Shown: positions 9,827-20,018 of the stretch, in pieces
Numbering within the stretch: position 1 is the stretch's first letter
Layout of the letters: the number at the start of each line of letters is the position of its first letter
Assembly (NCBI GenBank): GCA_038890745.1
Contig: JAWAFD010000004.1
Coordinates: forward strand, 1-64,000
DNA: 64,000 nucleotides
DNA from: Candidatus Anstonellales archaeon
GTDB taxonomy: Archaea; Micrarchaeota; Micrarchaeia; Anstonellales; J096
Reading direction: 5' to 3'
The notes under the pieces: model-generated
What the model was told of the DNA's origin: nothing
Database searches by the model: none
What the model saw: only the letters and a program-made list of their open reading frames with translations
Made by a program: the position numbers and the translations under genes

Positions 9827-11143
9827 ATGAGGAGGGTAAGCAAAATTGAGCTTTATGAAATTCTTTCCCTGCGACCGGTGAAAGGGAATAGAAAAAATCT
9901 GGTTGAAATTTTTACAAAATATTTTGAGAAAAATCAGGAAGAAATGAAAAAAGACCCAAAGGTGCAGAAGCCAACAGGGCTATGCTTTGATTATGATTCT
10001 TTTGTAAAAAACGGAAAGGTTCACATTGTTTTTGAAGGAGGGGGAATGAAAGGGTATGCCCATCTTGGAGCTTTTGTTGCTCTTATGGAAGAGGGCCTTC
10101 TTCCAAAAAACACGCATCTATTTTTTTATGGGACGAGCGCAGGTGCGGTTGCGGCTGTTGTCTGCTCATTGATCGCTATGGGAAAGATGACTCCAAAAGA
10201 AGCGTATGAAAAATTCTCCATCCATCCAGCCTACCTTGTTTTCTTCTACAACTTTCCATTTCCGTTAGTATACAATCCGTTTAATGGAAGGCTGATCCGT
10301 TGGAGAATAGATAGCATAATGAAAAAGAAAAATGTGAAAAACCTTTCAGAGCTAAGAACTACGATTACCACAGAGTTGAGGGATGTTCAAAGGAAGGATT
10401 GCACATTCTTAGCTGTTTTTGGGCCAAAACCTTTTGTGGATGTCCCGCTTCAAAAAGTTGATGAATGGAGGTATGGAAAAAATTTAAGTATAGGGAAGAT
10501 CGTTCAGGCATCCTGTTCTATTCCTGGCTTCTTTACTTCCGGAGTTGTCTCGAATGCAAAACTTTCCATAATCGAGTCCGTGCCGCCTTATGAACAAAGA
10601 ATACCGTTGAGAAAAAAGGTTTTGGCAGAGCCGGGACCACCGGGGGTTGTTTGCAAATATGAATTAAAGGGAAAGGGATTGCTCAGTGATGGCGGAACAA
10701 AAGCAAACCTCCCTCTTCTCGTTGCCCTTTCTACTCCAAGGTACAGAAAAGAAAGCGATATAATCTATGCCATAAATTTGGAGATAGAGAAAAGAGAAAG
10801 CCGGCTTAGGGGGCTGCTTAACAAACTCCAATACTCAAACCCAAGATCAAAAATTATTCGGTTCATCAAAAATACAGCAGATGCATTCATTCAATCTTTA
10901 TACCTTCTACATCCGAGAAACAATCTTTTTTCAACAGCAAAAAACAACATAAACTCCATGATGGAGGAGATAGCGGAGAGGGGGAATGCACTATGCATGC
11001 ATGGAAATGTAGTGATGTTTACCATCAGGGTTCCGAATGTTCCTCTTTTTAACCCCACAAAAGCCCCAGAACTAATCCTAGAGGGGTATAAACAAACAAA
11101 GGAGCAGATAAGAGAGCTGAAAAAACTTGCTGGGCTCATATAA
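9827..11143 (+). CDS. patatin-like phospholipase
   Basis: EGGGMKG oxyanion loop, GTSAG nucleophile, ASCSIPG, SDGG. Start moved to ATG 9827 to avoid overlap. Confidence 0.88.
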   Translation: MRRVSKIELYEILSLRPVKGNRKNLVEIFTKYFEKNQEEMKKDPKVQKPTGLCFDYDSFVKNGKVHIVFEGGGMKGYAHLGAFVALMEEGLLPKNTHLFFYGTSAGAVAAVVCSLIAMGKMTPKEAYEKFSIHPAYLVFFYNFPFPLVYNPFNGRLIRWRIDSIMKKKNVKNLSELRTTITTELRDVQRKDCTFLAVFGPKPFVDVPLQKVDEWRYGKNLSIGKIVQASCSIPGFFTSGVVSNAKLSIIESVPPYEQRIPLRKKVLAEPGPPGVVCKYELKGKGLLSDGGTKANLPLLVALSTPRYRKESDIIYAINLEIEKRESRLRGLLNKLQYSNPRSKIIRFIKNTADAFIQSLYLLHPRNNLFSTAKNNINSMMEEIAERGNALCMHGNVVMFTIRVPNVPLFNPTKAPELILEGYKQTKEQIRELKKLAGLI

Positions 11144-11912
11144 AAAGAGAGCCTATTCTCGTTCCATCCTTTACGCTTATAGTTTTCACGCCTGTTTTTT
11201 TCTCAACCTCGCTCGCAACATATGCAGGCCCTGCCTTTATCATCCTCATCCCATAATGATAGAGAATGCAAAGTTTTGGTTTTGCTTCTTTTAGAATCTC
11301 AACCCCATCAACCAATGCAGAAAAATGCTTAGGGTATTTATCTTTTGTAGGTTTTATTGTGTTTATTATAAGAACATCGCATCCAGAATAGTTTTTTCCT
11401 ATTCCTTCATAATAGTTTCCATCACTCGTATACCCTATTGTTTTCCCATCCATTTTAAGCTTAAACCCGAAGGTTGTTTTTTCATCATGCACAGCTTTAA
11501 CATACTCTATCTCAAACCCATCAAAACTTTCTTTTTTCCCCCATTCAGCTACATGAATTTCCTTAACTAAATTCTGATGGTATTTTGTTATTCCTCTATC
11601 TCCATTCTCATCCCCATTTATCACGCTATTGCTTCCGATAACAATCCCTTTCTTCACATTCCCATAACTGCTCATCCCTTCAACAATGACGTTCGCATCG
11701 CTTACATGATCTATATGATTGTGCGTTGCGATAAGCGCATGGATGCTTGTTGGATAGATTCCAAAACCATTCATTTTCACAACTGCTCCTGGTCCCGGGT
11801 CAACATATACTCTTTTGCTTCCTAGAATTGCAAAACCACCAGTTCCATACCCCTTTATCTGCCTTATTAAATTTACCCTTCCTCCGCCAACCCCAACGAA
11901 AAAAATTTCCAT
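11136..11912 (-). CDS. MBL-fold metallo-hydrolase
   Basis: DPGPG, THNHIDH, AVHD, YTSD, LYHY. Start at ATG 11912. Confidence 0.9.
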   Translation of the reverse strand: MEIFFVGVGGGRVNLIRQIKGYGTGGFAILGSKRVYVDPGPGAVVKMNGFGIYPTSIHALIATHNHIDHVSDANVIVEGMSSYGNVKKGIVIGSNSVINGDENGDRGITKYHQNLVKEIHVAEWGKKESFDGFEIEYVKAVHDEKTTFGFKLKMDGKTIGYTSDGNYYEGIGKNYSGCDVLIINTIKPTKDKYPKHFSALVDGVEILKEAKPKLCILYHYGMRMIKAGPAYVASEVEKKTGVKTISVKDGTRIGSLFI

Positions 11913-12042
11913 GCTTTTTCTAGAAAAGAAAGCAATTAAAAATATTGACGGCTTCAACGGTGTGTTAATTTATGGAAAAAACAAAAGGTTTTTAAATACT
12001 TACCCATATAAAATGTTATCATAGATTGGAGAAGGTGGGAAT

Positions 12043-13815
12043 ATGAAACTCAAAGCGAATGAGGTTGGAATTTCGCATGCTGAAAAACCAAAACGAACAA
12101 ATCCATTTAAGCTATTGGTTCCTCTATTTAAGTCCATAAGCAAACGTATAAATCCATCTGAGCCATTGGTTCTTCTATTGTTTGGTTTAACCGGTTGCGG
12201 AGGAAAGCATCCAATCTATCGTGTTGAGCTGCCGCCTGGTAATTCTGCCGAGTATAAGGGCGGAACAGAGTATAATGATAGGTATGTGCCGAATGCTTCA
12301 GGAACGGGGAGCACAAGCGAACCTGTGCCTTTTGAAAAGCATACATTTTCTAGACCAACGCTGGACACAATGCGAGTTGATACCTCAACAAAACTTGGGA
12401 GAGGCATTACAATAATTGGTCGAGAAGGCAGAAATTATGTTGTGGTTGCGCCATCTTCCCGTTATTTAACGGTTCTTTTTGAAGGACTGGGTAAACCACC
12501 TCTTACTAGAGTTGAGAGGATAGTGGATAGAGGAAATGTTATAGAAATGTATGACGAAAAAGGCCTTTATCTAAGGGTGAGCGGTTTACCGGGAGATACT
12601 GTAGTTATTGAAAAGAGAGGAATTGCCCAGAGAGTAATTGATGGAAGAGAGTTTTATTCTTATGAAATGATCGAAATTTATAGAGAGAAAGGTTCGTTTT
12701 ACTTAGATACATCAAAAGCAAAGGATCTGCAGTTTACACTTAGGGTTTCTAAATCGGAGTTTAAACCAATACCAGAAGGTTCTTCGGGTGTGATTAAGAA
12801 AGGTGTTGTCGCACCTTCAAGTGCGTTTATTCCTTACTCTGCCTTTGGTTCTCCATCGAGTGTTACTCCACAGGATCTTGCAGCGATTGCAGTATTGTTT
12901 AACATTCAGAATCCAGAACAATGGCATCAGCTTATAAGGACATTACGTGCAGTTAATGGTGGAAGTTTAGACCCGGCCGACCTGAGGGAATTCTTTGTGG
13001 GCCTATACTCCAATTCTATTCGAGCGATAAGAGAGATCGATTTTGTTCCAAACGCAACAGCGAATTTAGATGCAGCAGTTTCTTTTGGACTTGTCGTACC
13101 ATGGCTTTACGGGAATATTGGCGGAAAAGGCGAGACAAGCGTTATCGGAACTAGCTTTGTTTCAAGAGGAACACCCTATGTTGGTTTGGCACTCCAGGTT
13201 CCTTGGCATCTTGGTGTTTTAGAGGGAACAAATGCTTTAGGAGCAAGGCTCAATGCTTACAAATTTGAGAAAGGATATGTGTTGGACTGGGCTGATACGA
13301 CTACGCTTGTTTTCGAGAACAGAGGATGGTCTCTTGACCTTGCATATCTGCTTTCAATGAACAATTTCGTTGGGCTTTCTGTTGGTGTCAACGATGTGCT
13401 TTACTCAATCTACGGAACAAGAGTGATATATGACCCGTCTCTTAAAGAAATAGGGAGTGAAAACGACATTTACATAAGGCCTCCTACAACTATGGTTACC
13501 GGCTTGGGAATCGGCGGACTGTATTCACCAGTCGTGATAGGGCTCGATGCAAAGTGGGGTATAGCAAACCGTTCAGTTGCCTTTTCTGGAATTGACGGCG
13601 CAATAGCATTGGCGTACACTCTGCACGGTGTGCCTTTTGTTGTGGGCATGCAGGGAGGGTATCCAGTGCGTGATGGGGATAAGTGGATTTCACTGTTTCT
13701 CTCCTTTGGTCCTGGAGGTCAAATAACGGGAGGCGGAAGTTTGGGAGGTGGGCTGAGGAATGCAGGCATTACCGACCACCGCTATGGCTTTGGCCTTTAT
13801 GGAAGAAGAGACTAG
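12043..13815 (+). CDS. large hypothetical protein, lipobox-like N-terminus and beta-strand-rich C-terminus
   Basis: 590-aa ORF with SD-like AGGTGG; LLLFGLTGC; alternating hydrophobic strands in the C-terminal half. Confidence 0.75.
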   Translation: MKLKANEVGISHAEKPKRTNPFKLLVPLFKSISKRINPSEPLVLLLFGLTGCGGKHPIYRVELPPGNSAEYKGGTEYNDRYVPNASGTGSTSEPVPFEKHTFSRPTLDTMRVDTSTKLGRGITIIGREGRNYVVVAPSSRYLTVLFEGLGKPPLTRVERIVDRGNVIEMYDEKGLYLRVSGLPGDTVVIEKRGIAQRVIDGREFYSYEMIEIYREKGSFYLDTSKAKDLQFTLRVSKSEFKPIPEGSSGVIKKGVVAPSSAFIPYSAFGSPSSVTPQDLAAIAVLFNIQNPEQWHQLIRTLRAVNGGSLDPADLREFFVGLYSNSIRAIREIDFVPNATANLDAAVSFGLVVPWLYGNIGGKGETSVIGTSFVSRGTPYVGLALQVPWHLGVLEGTNALGARLNAYKFEKGYVLDWADTTTLVFENRGWSLDLAYLLSMNNFVGLSVGVNDVLYSIYGTRVIYDPSLKEIGSENDIYIRPPTTMVTGLGIGGLYSPVVIGLDAKWGIANRSVAFSGIDGAIALAYTLHGVPFVVGMQGGYPVRDGDKWISLFLSFGPGGQITGGGSLGGGLRNAGITDHRYGFGLYGRRD

Positions 13816-13819
13816 TATC

Positions 13820-14740
13820 TCAATTCCCTTTTATTTCCCTTATCTTTTTGCAAAACACGCAAACATTCTCAGAGCTAGGCTCCCCGCATATCTCGCATTT
13901 CTCAATGCATAGTTTTTCTTTTCCCAATCCCTTCCTCATCAATTTTTCAATGCTCAAAAAACTATTCAGGATTCTGAACTTTGTCCCAGGATGCTTCTCC
14001 TCAAGGACATTAAGCATTTTCCTTATCTCATGCCTAAAAGCAACCCTCATCCCAGGGCATCCTTTCGTCTGAAAAGGAAGATCTTTAATCAGCGCGTACT
14101 GCACAACCTCCTTCTCAGGTGTTCTTAAAAGTGGTTTTATTCTTGGAACAAATGCTTCCTCATCTATGATTGGCTCGACAAGCCGGATCAACCTGAGCGG
14201 CTCATTCCTCATTATGTTCATCAAAACAGTCTGTGCAACATCATCTAAAGTATGCGCAATAGCGAGTTTATCGGCTCCACACTCCCGTGCGGCAACATTC
14301 AGCAATCTTCTTCTGAAAACACCACAATAGCTGCATGGGCTTTTTCCGGTTTTGTATATATCAAAAGTGGTAAACCCAAGCTCTTTTTTGAAAGAAACAA
14401 TTCTATGCTCAACATTGAGTTTTTTGCACTCTTTCTTTGCAGTTCTAACCAATTCATCGCCGTACCCCGGGATTCCGATGTCTACGGTTATTGCAACAAG
14501 TTCAAATGGGTGTTTTTTTCTTAGTTTTGAAAGAACATGCAGGAGAACTGTGCTGTCCTTACCCCCAGAATACCCAATCGCGATCCTTTCACCCTTCCTA
14601 ATCATCTTAAATTCCCTGATTGTTCTGAAAACACGCTTTTCAAAAAAACTCAAAAAATGGCTTTCGCACAGGACTTTTTTCATGTAAGGAAGATAGACAG
14701 CACCCGGCCTATTACAAGAAGAGCATTTTACATTAAACAT
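13820..14740 (-). CDS. ttuA: tRNA 2-thiolation protein (TtuA/NcsA family)
   Basis: N-terminal CxxC..CxxH, PP-loop SGGKDS, CSYC, HTLDD, GCP, C-terminal CEIC..CVFC. Confidence 0.92.
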   Translation of the reverse strand: MFNVKCSSCNRPGAVYLPYMKKVLCESHFLSFFEKRVFRTIREFKMIRKGERIAIGYSGGKDSTVLLHVLSKLRKKHPFELVAITVDIGIPGYGDELVRTAKKECKKLNVEHRIVSFKKELGFTTFDIYKTGKSPCSYCGVFRRRLLNVAARECGADKLAIAHTLDDVAQTVLMNIMRNEPLRLIRLVEPIIDEEAFVPRIKPLLRTPEKEVVQYALIKDLPFQTKGCPGMRVAFRHEIRKMLNVLEEKHPGTKFRILNSFLSIEKLMRKGLGKEKLCIEKCEICGEPSSENVCVFCKKIREIKGN

Positions 14741-14888
14741 CAGCAACAACCCTCACTACCTCAACCTCTTCATCCCCTTCAAGCTCCGCAACCTCAGGTG
14801 CAATTTTTCCATTCACTTTAACAACCACCTCTTCCCTGTTCATTCCAAGTTTTTTCAGCAATTCACTAATCTTTCCCTTAAATTTCAT
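14733..14888 (-). CDS. ThiS/SAMP2-like ubiquitin-like protein (51 aa) lacking the C-terminal GG; absent from the ORF track
   Basis: Translates as MKFKGKISELLKKLGMNREEVVVKVNGKIAPEVAELEGDEEVEVVRVVADV; overlaps the ttuA start. Confidence 0.8.
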   Translation of the reverse strand: MKFKGKISELLKKLGMNREEVVVKVNGKIAPEVAELEGDEEVEVVRVVADV

Positions 14889-14961
14889 GAGTTAATTTTG
14901 CCATTGGCAACTTTTTTAAACACTACGAGTATAAAACTACATTCCATAATGGTGATTCTTT

Positions 14962-15171
14962 ATGCCGATTGTTGTTTGCGAAAGATGCGGGGCAAGGACC
15001 GCAAAACCTGTGCAGTGCAACTACTGTGGAAAATATGTTTGCTTGAAATGTCTAAAATCCCAGAAGAGAATAAGCAAAAGAGAAATTCTTAAAATATCTA
15101 TATGCAAGGAGTGTTGGACGAATATGGAGATAAGAACAAAATACAAAAACAACGAGTTTATAGTTTTTTAA
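14962..15171 (+). CDS. small zinc-finger protein
   Basis: Four CxxC pairs (CERC, CNYC, CLKC, CKEC); GGTGA SD-like motif. Confidence 0.75.
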   Translation: MPIVVCERCGARTAKPVQCNYCGKYVCLKCLKSQKRISKREILKISICKECWTNMEIRTKYKNNEFIVF

Positions 15172-17986
15172 TAAAAATCTCGACCTTTTTCCCGTCTATA
15201 TCCCATTCCTTCCCCTCTTCTTTAAAAGGCCCAAACTCAATCCTCTCAGCCCTCGTCCTTTTCTTTATCTCGTCAGAATTTTTGCTCGTTATTGAAACAA
15301 TCTCACTCTCCCCATCCATAAATACCTCAATCCTATCCCTTTCAACAAGCCCCATTTCTTTCCTCATCTGCTGAATTCGCCTTAAAACCTCTTTAACTAT
15401 TGCTTCCTCATAAAGCTCCTCGCTTACCTCTTTATCTATGTATATCTTTCCATACTCGCATTCACCGGAAACAAGACCTTCCTGTCCTTTTCCAACAATA
15501 AACTCCTTTACGTTAAGCATTTTCGCGATTATGTTTTTTGTGCTTTTTATCTTGCCCGCAATTTTTTCATCCTTCGCTTCAAAAACTGCCTTCCTAAGCG
15601 GCCATCTAAGCTTCACGCCAGTATTCTGGCGCACCATAAGCCCGGATGCGATTATCTTCCTTGCAATTTCCATCTCCTCTTCTAGTTTATCATCAATCTT
15701 TCTCTTATCTTCTTTTCCTATTCTAAGGAAGTGTACGCTCTCCTCTTTCTCATATTTTCTGTAAAACCTTTGGTATATATATTCAGAGATGAAAGGAGAG
15801 ATGGGCGCGAGGAGTTTTATTGAGAACAAAAGCGCATCGTATATTGTTTCCATAGCTGAGGAGTCTCCATCCGCGACCCTATCCTTTGCAAGCTTCATGT
15901 AAAACCTGCTGAAATCCTCAACTATGAAATTTTTCAATGCCTTAACCCCTCTGTGCGGTTCCATGCTAACAAACGCGTCATTATACTCTTTCAAAACGGA
16001 GTTCATTCTAGAAATCAACCATCTATCCTCAACCGCGGGTTTTGCTTTTTTTCCCACTTTTTTCTCGTTATAATTTCTTTCCAAAAACAGCTCCAGGTTG
16101 TAGACTATATTCAAAACATCGCTTGCCTCTTTCATCCCATCCCACATGAATTTTAAATCTTCATACACAGGGTTGCTCAACCCCCATAGCCTAAATGCAT
16201 CAGCACCGTATCTTTGGAGGATCTCTTCTATTGGAACAAAATTTCCCAGGCTCTTGCTCATCTTTTCTCCTTTCTCATCTACAAAAAACCCATGCATCAT
16301 GAGGTTTCTGTAAGGGGACTTTCCGTACCTTACTATACCGGAGCCGAGTAAAGAGTAGAACCACCCCCTTATCTGATCATGTCCTTCTATTATCAAATCA
16401 GAAATCTCACCCCAGTATTTTGCTTCCTCATCCGTAAGCTCTGCCCACATCGCGTTCCCAGAATCAAACCACACATCAAGAACATCAGGGACCCTTTTCA
16501 TCTCCCCGCCACATTTGCACCTAAACTTTACTTTATCCACATAGGGTCTGTGGAGCTCCTTTACTTTTTCAGGAAGCTCTTTTCTTTTTCCAACAACTTT
16601 AGTTTCTCCGCATTTTTCGCATCTCCATATCGGAAGAGGAATGCCCCAATACCTCTGCCTTGAGATGCACCAGTCAGGGGCATTCTCAACAAACTGCAAA
16701 AACCTTTCTTTTCCAAATTCAGGAACCCAATTTATTTTTTTCGCTTCTGCGAGCATCTCATTTTTAAGCTTTGAAATATCTATGAACCACTGGGTTGTTG
16801 CTATGAAAATAAGGGGTGTTTTACACCTCCAGCAATGCGGATATCTGTGCCTCACCCTTTCCTCATGAACTAACGCCCCGCTCTCCTTTAAAACCTCGAT
16901 TATTTTTGGGTTTGCCTCACGAACATTCATGCCTGCAAACTCGCCTGCTTCATCTGTATACCTCCCTTCACCATCCACCGGGCTGAATATCTCTATTCCG
17001 TACTCTTTTCCAACTGCAAAATCCTCAGGTCCATGACCAGGGGCGGTGTGGACTATTCCTGTTCCTTCCTCAAGAGTCACGTACCTATCACTGAGCACAA
17101 CCCTTCTTCTGTATTCCTTCTTTATCTTATTTTGGAAAGGATGGTCGTACTCAAGCCCTTCAAGATCCTTCCCCTTCATCTCCTCAATAATTATCCCGCT
17201 CTTTCCAACAACCCTCTCAACCTCGTGCATCCTTCCTTTTGCAAAAATGTATGCCTCCTCCCCAAACATTACTTTTACATAATCATAATCCGGATGGACC
17301 ATGCATGCCATGTTTGAAACAAGGGTCCATGGGGTTGTTGTCCATACTAACAGAAACTCATCACTTTTTCCCTTTACTTTGAATTTAACAAAAATGCTCG
17401 GGTCGCTTTCCTCATCATACTCCAATTCATAGTTCGCAAGGGTTGTTTCGCACCTGTAGCAGTACGGGAGGACATACTCCCCCTGATGCATGAGCCCTTT
17501 ATCATAAGCCATTTTAAGGGTCTCCCAGCTTTTTTCAATATACCCATCTTTATAAGTGATGTATGGGTTGTCCCAGTCCATCCACACCCCAACACTCTTG
17601 AACTGCCCCGTCATGACCTCTATGTACTTATCCGCAAAATTTTTGCATTCGCTGATAAACTTCTCTATCCCAAATTTTTCTTCTATCTCATTCTTCTTTT
17701 TTATTTCAAGCTCTTTCTCAACCTTTACCTCTATTGGCAATCCATGCGTGTCATACCCGGCTTGGGCGCGCACATTATATCCGTTCATCCTGTAATACCG
17801 GCACATCGCATCCTTTATGGCTTTGTTCCATGCGGTTCCGGGGTGGATCTGGCCAGTTGCGTATGGTGGGCCATCAACAAAATAGAACCTTTTCCCCTTC
17901 CTGTTCTTCTTCTTAGCCTTCTCATAAATTTTTTCCTTTTCCCAAAATTGCAGCACCCCATTCTCAATAGAATTGTGCGGATACAT
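15158..17986 (-). CDS. ileS: isoleucyl-tRNA synthetase
   Basis: DGPPYATG, HIGH variant HPGT, GYDTHGLPIE, WTTTPWT, GTGIVH, DWCISRQRYWG, KMSKS. Confidence 0.97.
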   Translation of the reverse strand: MYPHNSIENGVLQFWEKEKIYEKAKKKNRKGKRFYFVDGPPYATGQIHPGTAWNKAIKDAMCRYYRMNGYNVRAQAGYDTHGLPIEVKVEKELEIKKKNEIEEKFGIEKFISECKNFADKYIEVMTGQFKSVGVWMDWDNPYITYKDGYIEKSWETLKMAYDKGLMHQGEYVLPYCYRCETTLANYELEYDEESDPSIFVKFKVKGKSDEFLLVWTTTPWTLVSNMACMVHPDYDYVKVMFGEEAYIFAKGRMHEVERVVGKSGIIIEEMKGKDLEGLEYDHPFQNKIKKEYRRRVVLSDRYVTLEEGTGIVHTAPGHGPEDFAVGKEYGIEIFSPVDGEGRYTDEAGEFAGMNVREANPKIIEVLKESGALVHEERVRHRYPHCWRCKTPLIFIATTQWFIDISKLKNEMLAEAKKINWVPEFGKERFLQFVENAPDWCISRQRYWGIPLPIWRCEKCGETKVVGKRKELPEKVKELHRPYVDKVKFRCKCGGEMKRVPDVLDVWFDSGNAMWAELTDEEAKYWGEISDLIIEGHDQIRGWFYSLLGSGIVRYGKSPYRNLMMHGFFVDEKGEKMSKSLGNFVPIEEILQRYGADAFRLWGLSNPVYEDLKFMWDGMKEASDVLNIVYNLELFLERNYNEKKVGKKAKPAVEDRWLISRMNSVLKEYNDAFVSMEPHRGVKALKNFIVEDFSRFYMKLAKDRVADGDSSAMETIYDALLFSIKLLAPISPFISEYIYQRFYRKYEKEESVHFLRIGKEDKRKIDDKLEEEMEIARKIIASGLMVRQNTGVKLRWPLRKAVFEAKDEKIAGKIKSTKNIIAKMLNVKEFIVGKGQEGLVSGECEYGKIYIDKEVSEELYEEAIVKEVLRRIQQMRKEMGLVERDRIEVFMDGESEIVSITSKNSDEIKKRTRAERIEFGPFKEEGKEWDIDGKKVEIFIKKL

Positions 17987-17990
17987 AATT

Positions 17991-18299
17991 TCACTTTTTT
18001 ATTCTTTCTTTTGCTAAAAAGAAAAGCGGTGTTGACAGAAACATAAAACCGGCTGCAACCACAAACCCGTTCCTTTCAACCAAAAAAGCGCCAACAACCC
18101 CAATTAGGCACACAACCTCAAAATATCCTAACCCTATTCCATGTTTTTTTGTTTTGTGATAAAAAACAAATCCAAGGAGACCCATTGCTAAAAGAAAAGG
18201 AAAAGCATTTATACCTAGGTTAAACAGTTTTGCTCCGGTGATGAAAAAAGCAAGAAAAGCGGAGAAAGCAACGCCCATCCAGAACTCCCGGGTTTCCAT
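17991..18299 (-). CDS. small membrane protein
   Basis: About four hydrophobic segments; coupled to its neighbours. Confidence 0.7.
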   Translation of the reverse strand: METREFWMGVAFSAFLAFFITGAKLFNLGINAFPFLLAMGLLGFVFYHKTKKHGIGLGYFEVVCLIGVVGAFLVERNGFVVAAGFMFLSTPLFFLAKERIKK

Positions 18300-18982
18300 C
18301 AGAACACCTTCTCTCCTATATAAACTTTTATTCCATCCGGCGTGAGCTTAAACGGAACAAGGTCTTTTGAGTGGTCTGTCCCCCTCATCTTGAAAACCTC
18401 AATCGCCTTTACCCTCCTATCCCCGCGGTCCAAACTATAAAGGTTTATGATGCCATCAAGAACATAATGCTCTATTCCATATTTCATCTCCTCTTTACTC
18501 GCTGTTTCTGCCTCCACAGTAACCATGGCTGTGCAGTCAAGGTTTCTTATGAGAGAAAAGAATTCAAAAACAGTTTTTCTGTACTCCCCTTCTTTTTCAA
18601 AAACAGCCCTTATCATCGTAGCTGAATCTATAACAACCCTTTTTACATTGTTGTTTGTAATTTTTGATTCCAGCATCTCCGCTATTTTTTCTATTGTAAA
18701 CTCATCCGGCTTTTCCACAAAAAGTTTCTTATCTATTAAGGCATTGATATCCTTAAATTCTGTAAAAGTATTTTTCATATTTTCAATGATATCGTCCGGT
18801 GTTTCCTCCAGTGTAATGTATATGCCGGGTTCGCCGTTTTTTGCACCCCTGTAAAGATACTCAAACCCAAAGCTTGTTTTTCCGGTACCCGGCCCACCGA
18901 AGAGCGCAACGTGCCTTCTTTTTGGTATTCCCCCATTTAACATTTCATCCAATCCAGAGATTCCTGTTTTTACCCTTTCCAT
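18299..18982 (-). CDS. KaiC/RecA-superfamily ATPase
   Basis: RVKTGISGLDEMLNGGIP, GGPGTGKT, YITLEE, VVIDS, KMRGTDH. Start at ATG 18982. Confidence 0.92.
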   Translation of the reverse strand: MERVKTGISGLDEMLNGGIPKRRHVALFGGPGTGKTSFGFEYLYRGAKNGEPGIYITLEETPDDIIENMKNTFTEFKDINALIDKKLFVEKPDEFTIEKIAEMLESKITNNNVKRVVIDSATMIRAVFEKEGEYRKTVFEFFSLIRNLDCTAMVTVEAETASKEEMKYGIEHYVLDGIINLYSLDRGDRRVKAIEVFKMRGTDHSKDLVPFKLTPDGIKVYIGEKVF

Positions 18983-19052
18983 ACTATCACAAGCGGTATT
19001 TCTCACAAAAAGTTTTTAAACTCTCTTTACTGAATCCTCTTGGGGTGTTGGG

Positions 19053-20018
19053 ATGGACATTCTTCCTTGGGTGGAGAAATACAGACCGAAAAAGCTCGAT
19101 GAGGTGATAGGGCAGGAGCATATCCTTCCTTTACTGAAATCATTCGTTGAAAAAAAATCCATGCCCCATCTTCTTTTCGCAGGCCCACCAGGGGTTGGAA
19201 AAACAACGGTTGCGCTCGCGCTGGCGCATGAACTTTTCGGAGAAAATTATAAAACAAATTTTGCAGAGTTGAATGCGAGCGATGAGAGGGGGATAGATGT
19301 TGTTAGGGGAAAAATAAAGGATTTTGCTAGGAGTTTGAGCGTTGGGGGGTCACCCTTCAAAATAATATTTTTGGATGAATCGGATGCGCTCACAGCTGAT
19401 GCCCAGCAGGCGCTCCGCAGAACAATGGAGCTTTATTCTAATGTGACTAGATTCATCCTAAGCTGCAACTATTCTTCTAAAATAATAGAACCGATACAGA
19501 GCAGGACTGCTGTTTTGAGGTTTTTCCCGCTCAAAGAAGAGGATGTGAAGAAGATGATAAATAAAATTGCGCACGCGGAGAGCCTTAAAGTAGATGATAA
19601 GGCTTTTGAGGCCATATACTACATAAGCGAGGGGGACATGAGAAAGGCAATAAATATTTTGCAGGGAGCTGCGTTCCATTCAAAGCATATTACTGAGAGT
19701 TTGGTTTTCAAGGTTTCTTCCCGCGCAGCCCCAAAAGAAATAAAGGAGATGGTTGAGAAGGCTTTGAAAGGAGACTTCCTCTCTGCCCGGGAGCATCTTG
19801 AAAAAATAATGGTGAGCTACGGGGTCAGCGGAGAGGATGTGCTCGTCCAGATATACAGGGCGGTTAGTGAGATGGAGATTCCTGAGAAAGCAAAGGTTAA
19901 GCTTATAGACAGAATAGGGGAGTACAATTTCAGGCTTGTTGAGGGAGCGGATGAAAGGATACAGCTTGAGGCATTACTCGCCCAGTTTCCTGTAATAATG
20001 GAGGAGTTTAAGAAATAG
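19053..20018 (+). CDS. rfcS: replication factor C small subunit
   Basis: PWVEKYRP, GPPGVGKT, ELNASDERG, LDESD, AQQALRRTME. Confidence 0.97.
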   Translation: MDILPWVEKYRPKKLDEVIGQEHILPLLKSFVEKKSMPHLLFAGPPGVGKTTVALALAHELFGENYKTNFAELNASDERGIDVVRGKIKDFARSLSVGGSPFKIIFLDESDALTADAQQALRRTMELYSNVTRFILSCNYSSKIIEPIQSRTAVLRFFPLKEEDVKKMINKIAHAESLKVDDKAFEAIYYISEGDMRKAINILQGAAFHSKHITESLVFKVSSRAAPKEIKEMVEKALKGDFLSAREHLEKIMVSYGVSGEDVLVQIYRAVSEMEIPEKAKVKLIDRIGEYNFRLVEGADERIQLEALLAQFPVIMEEFKK

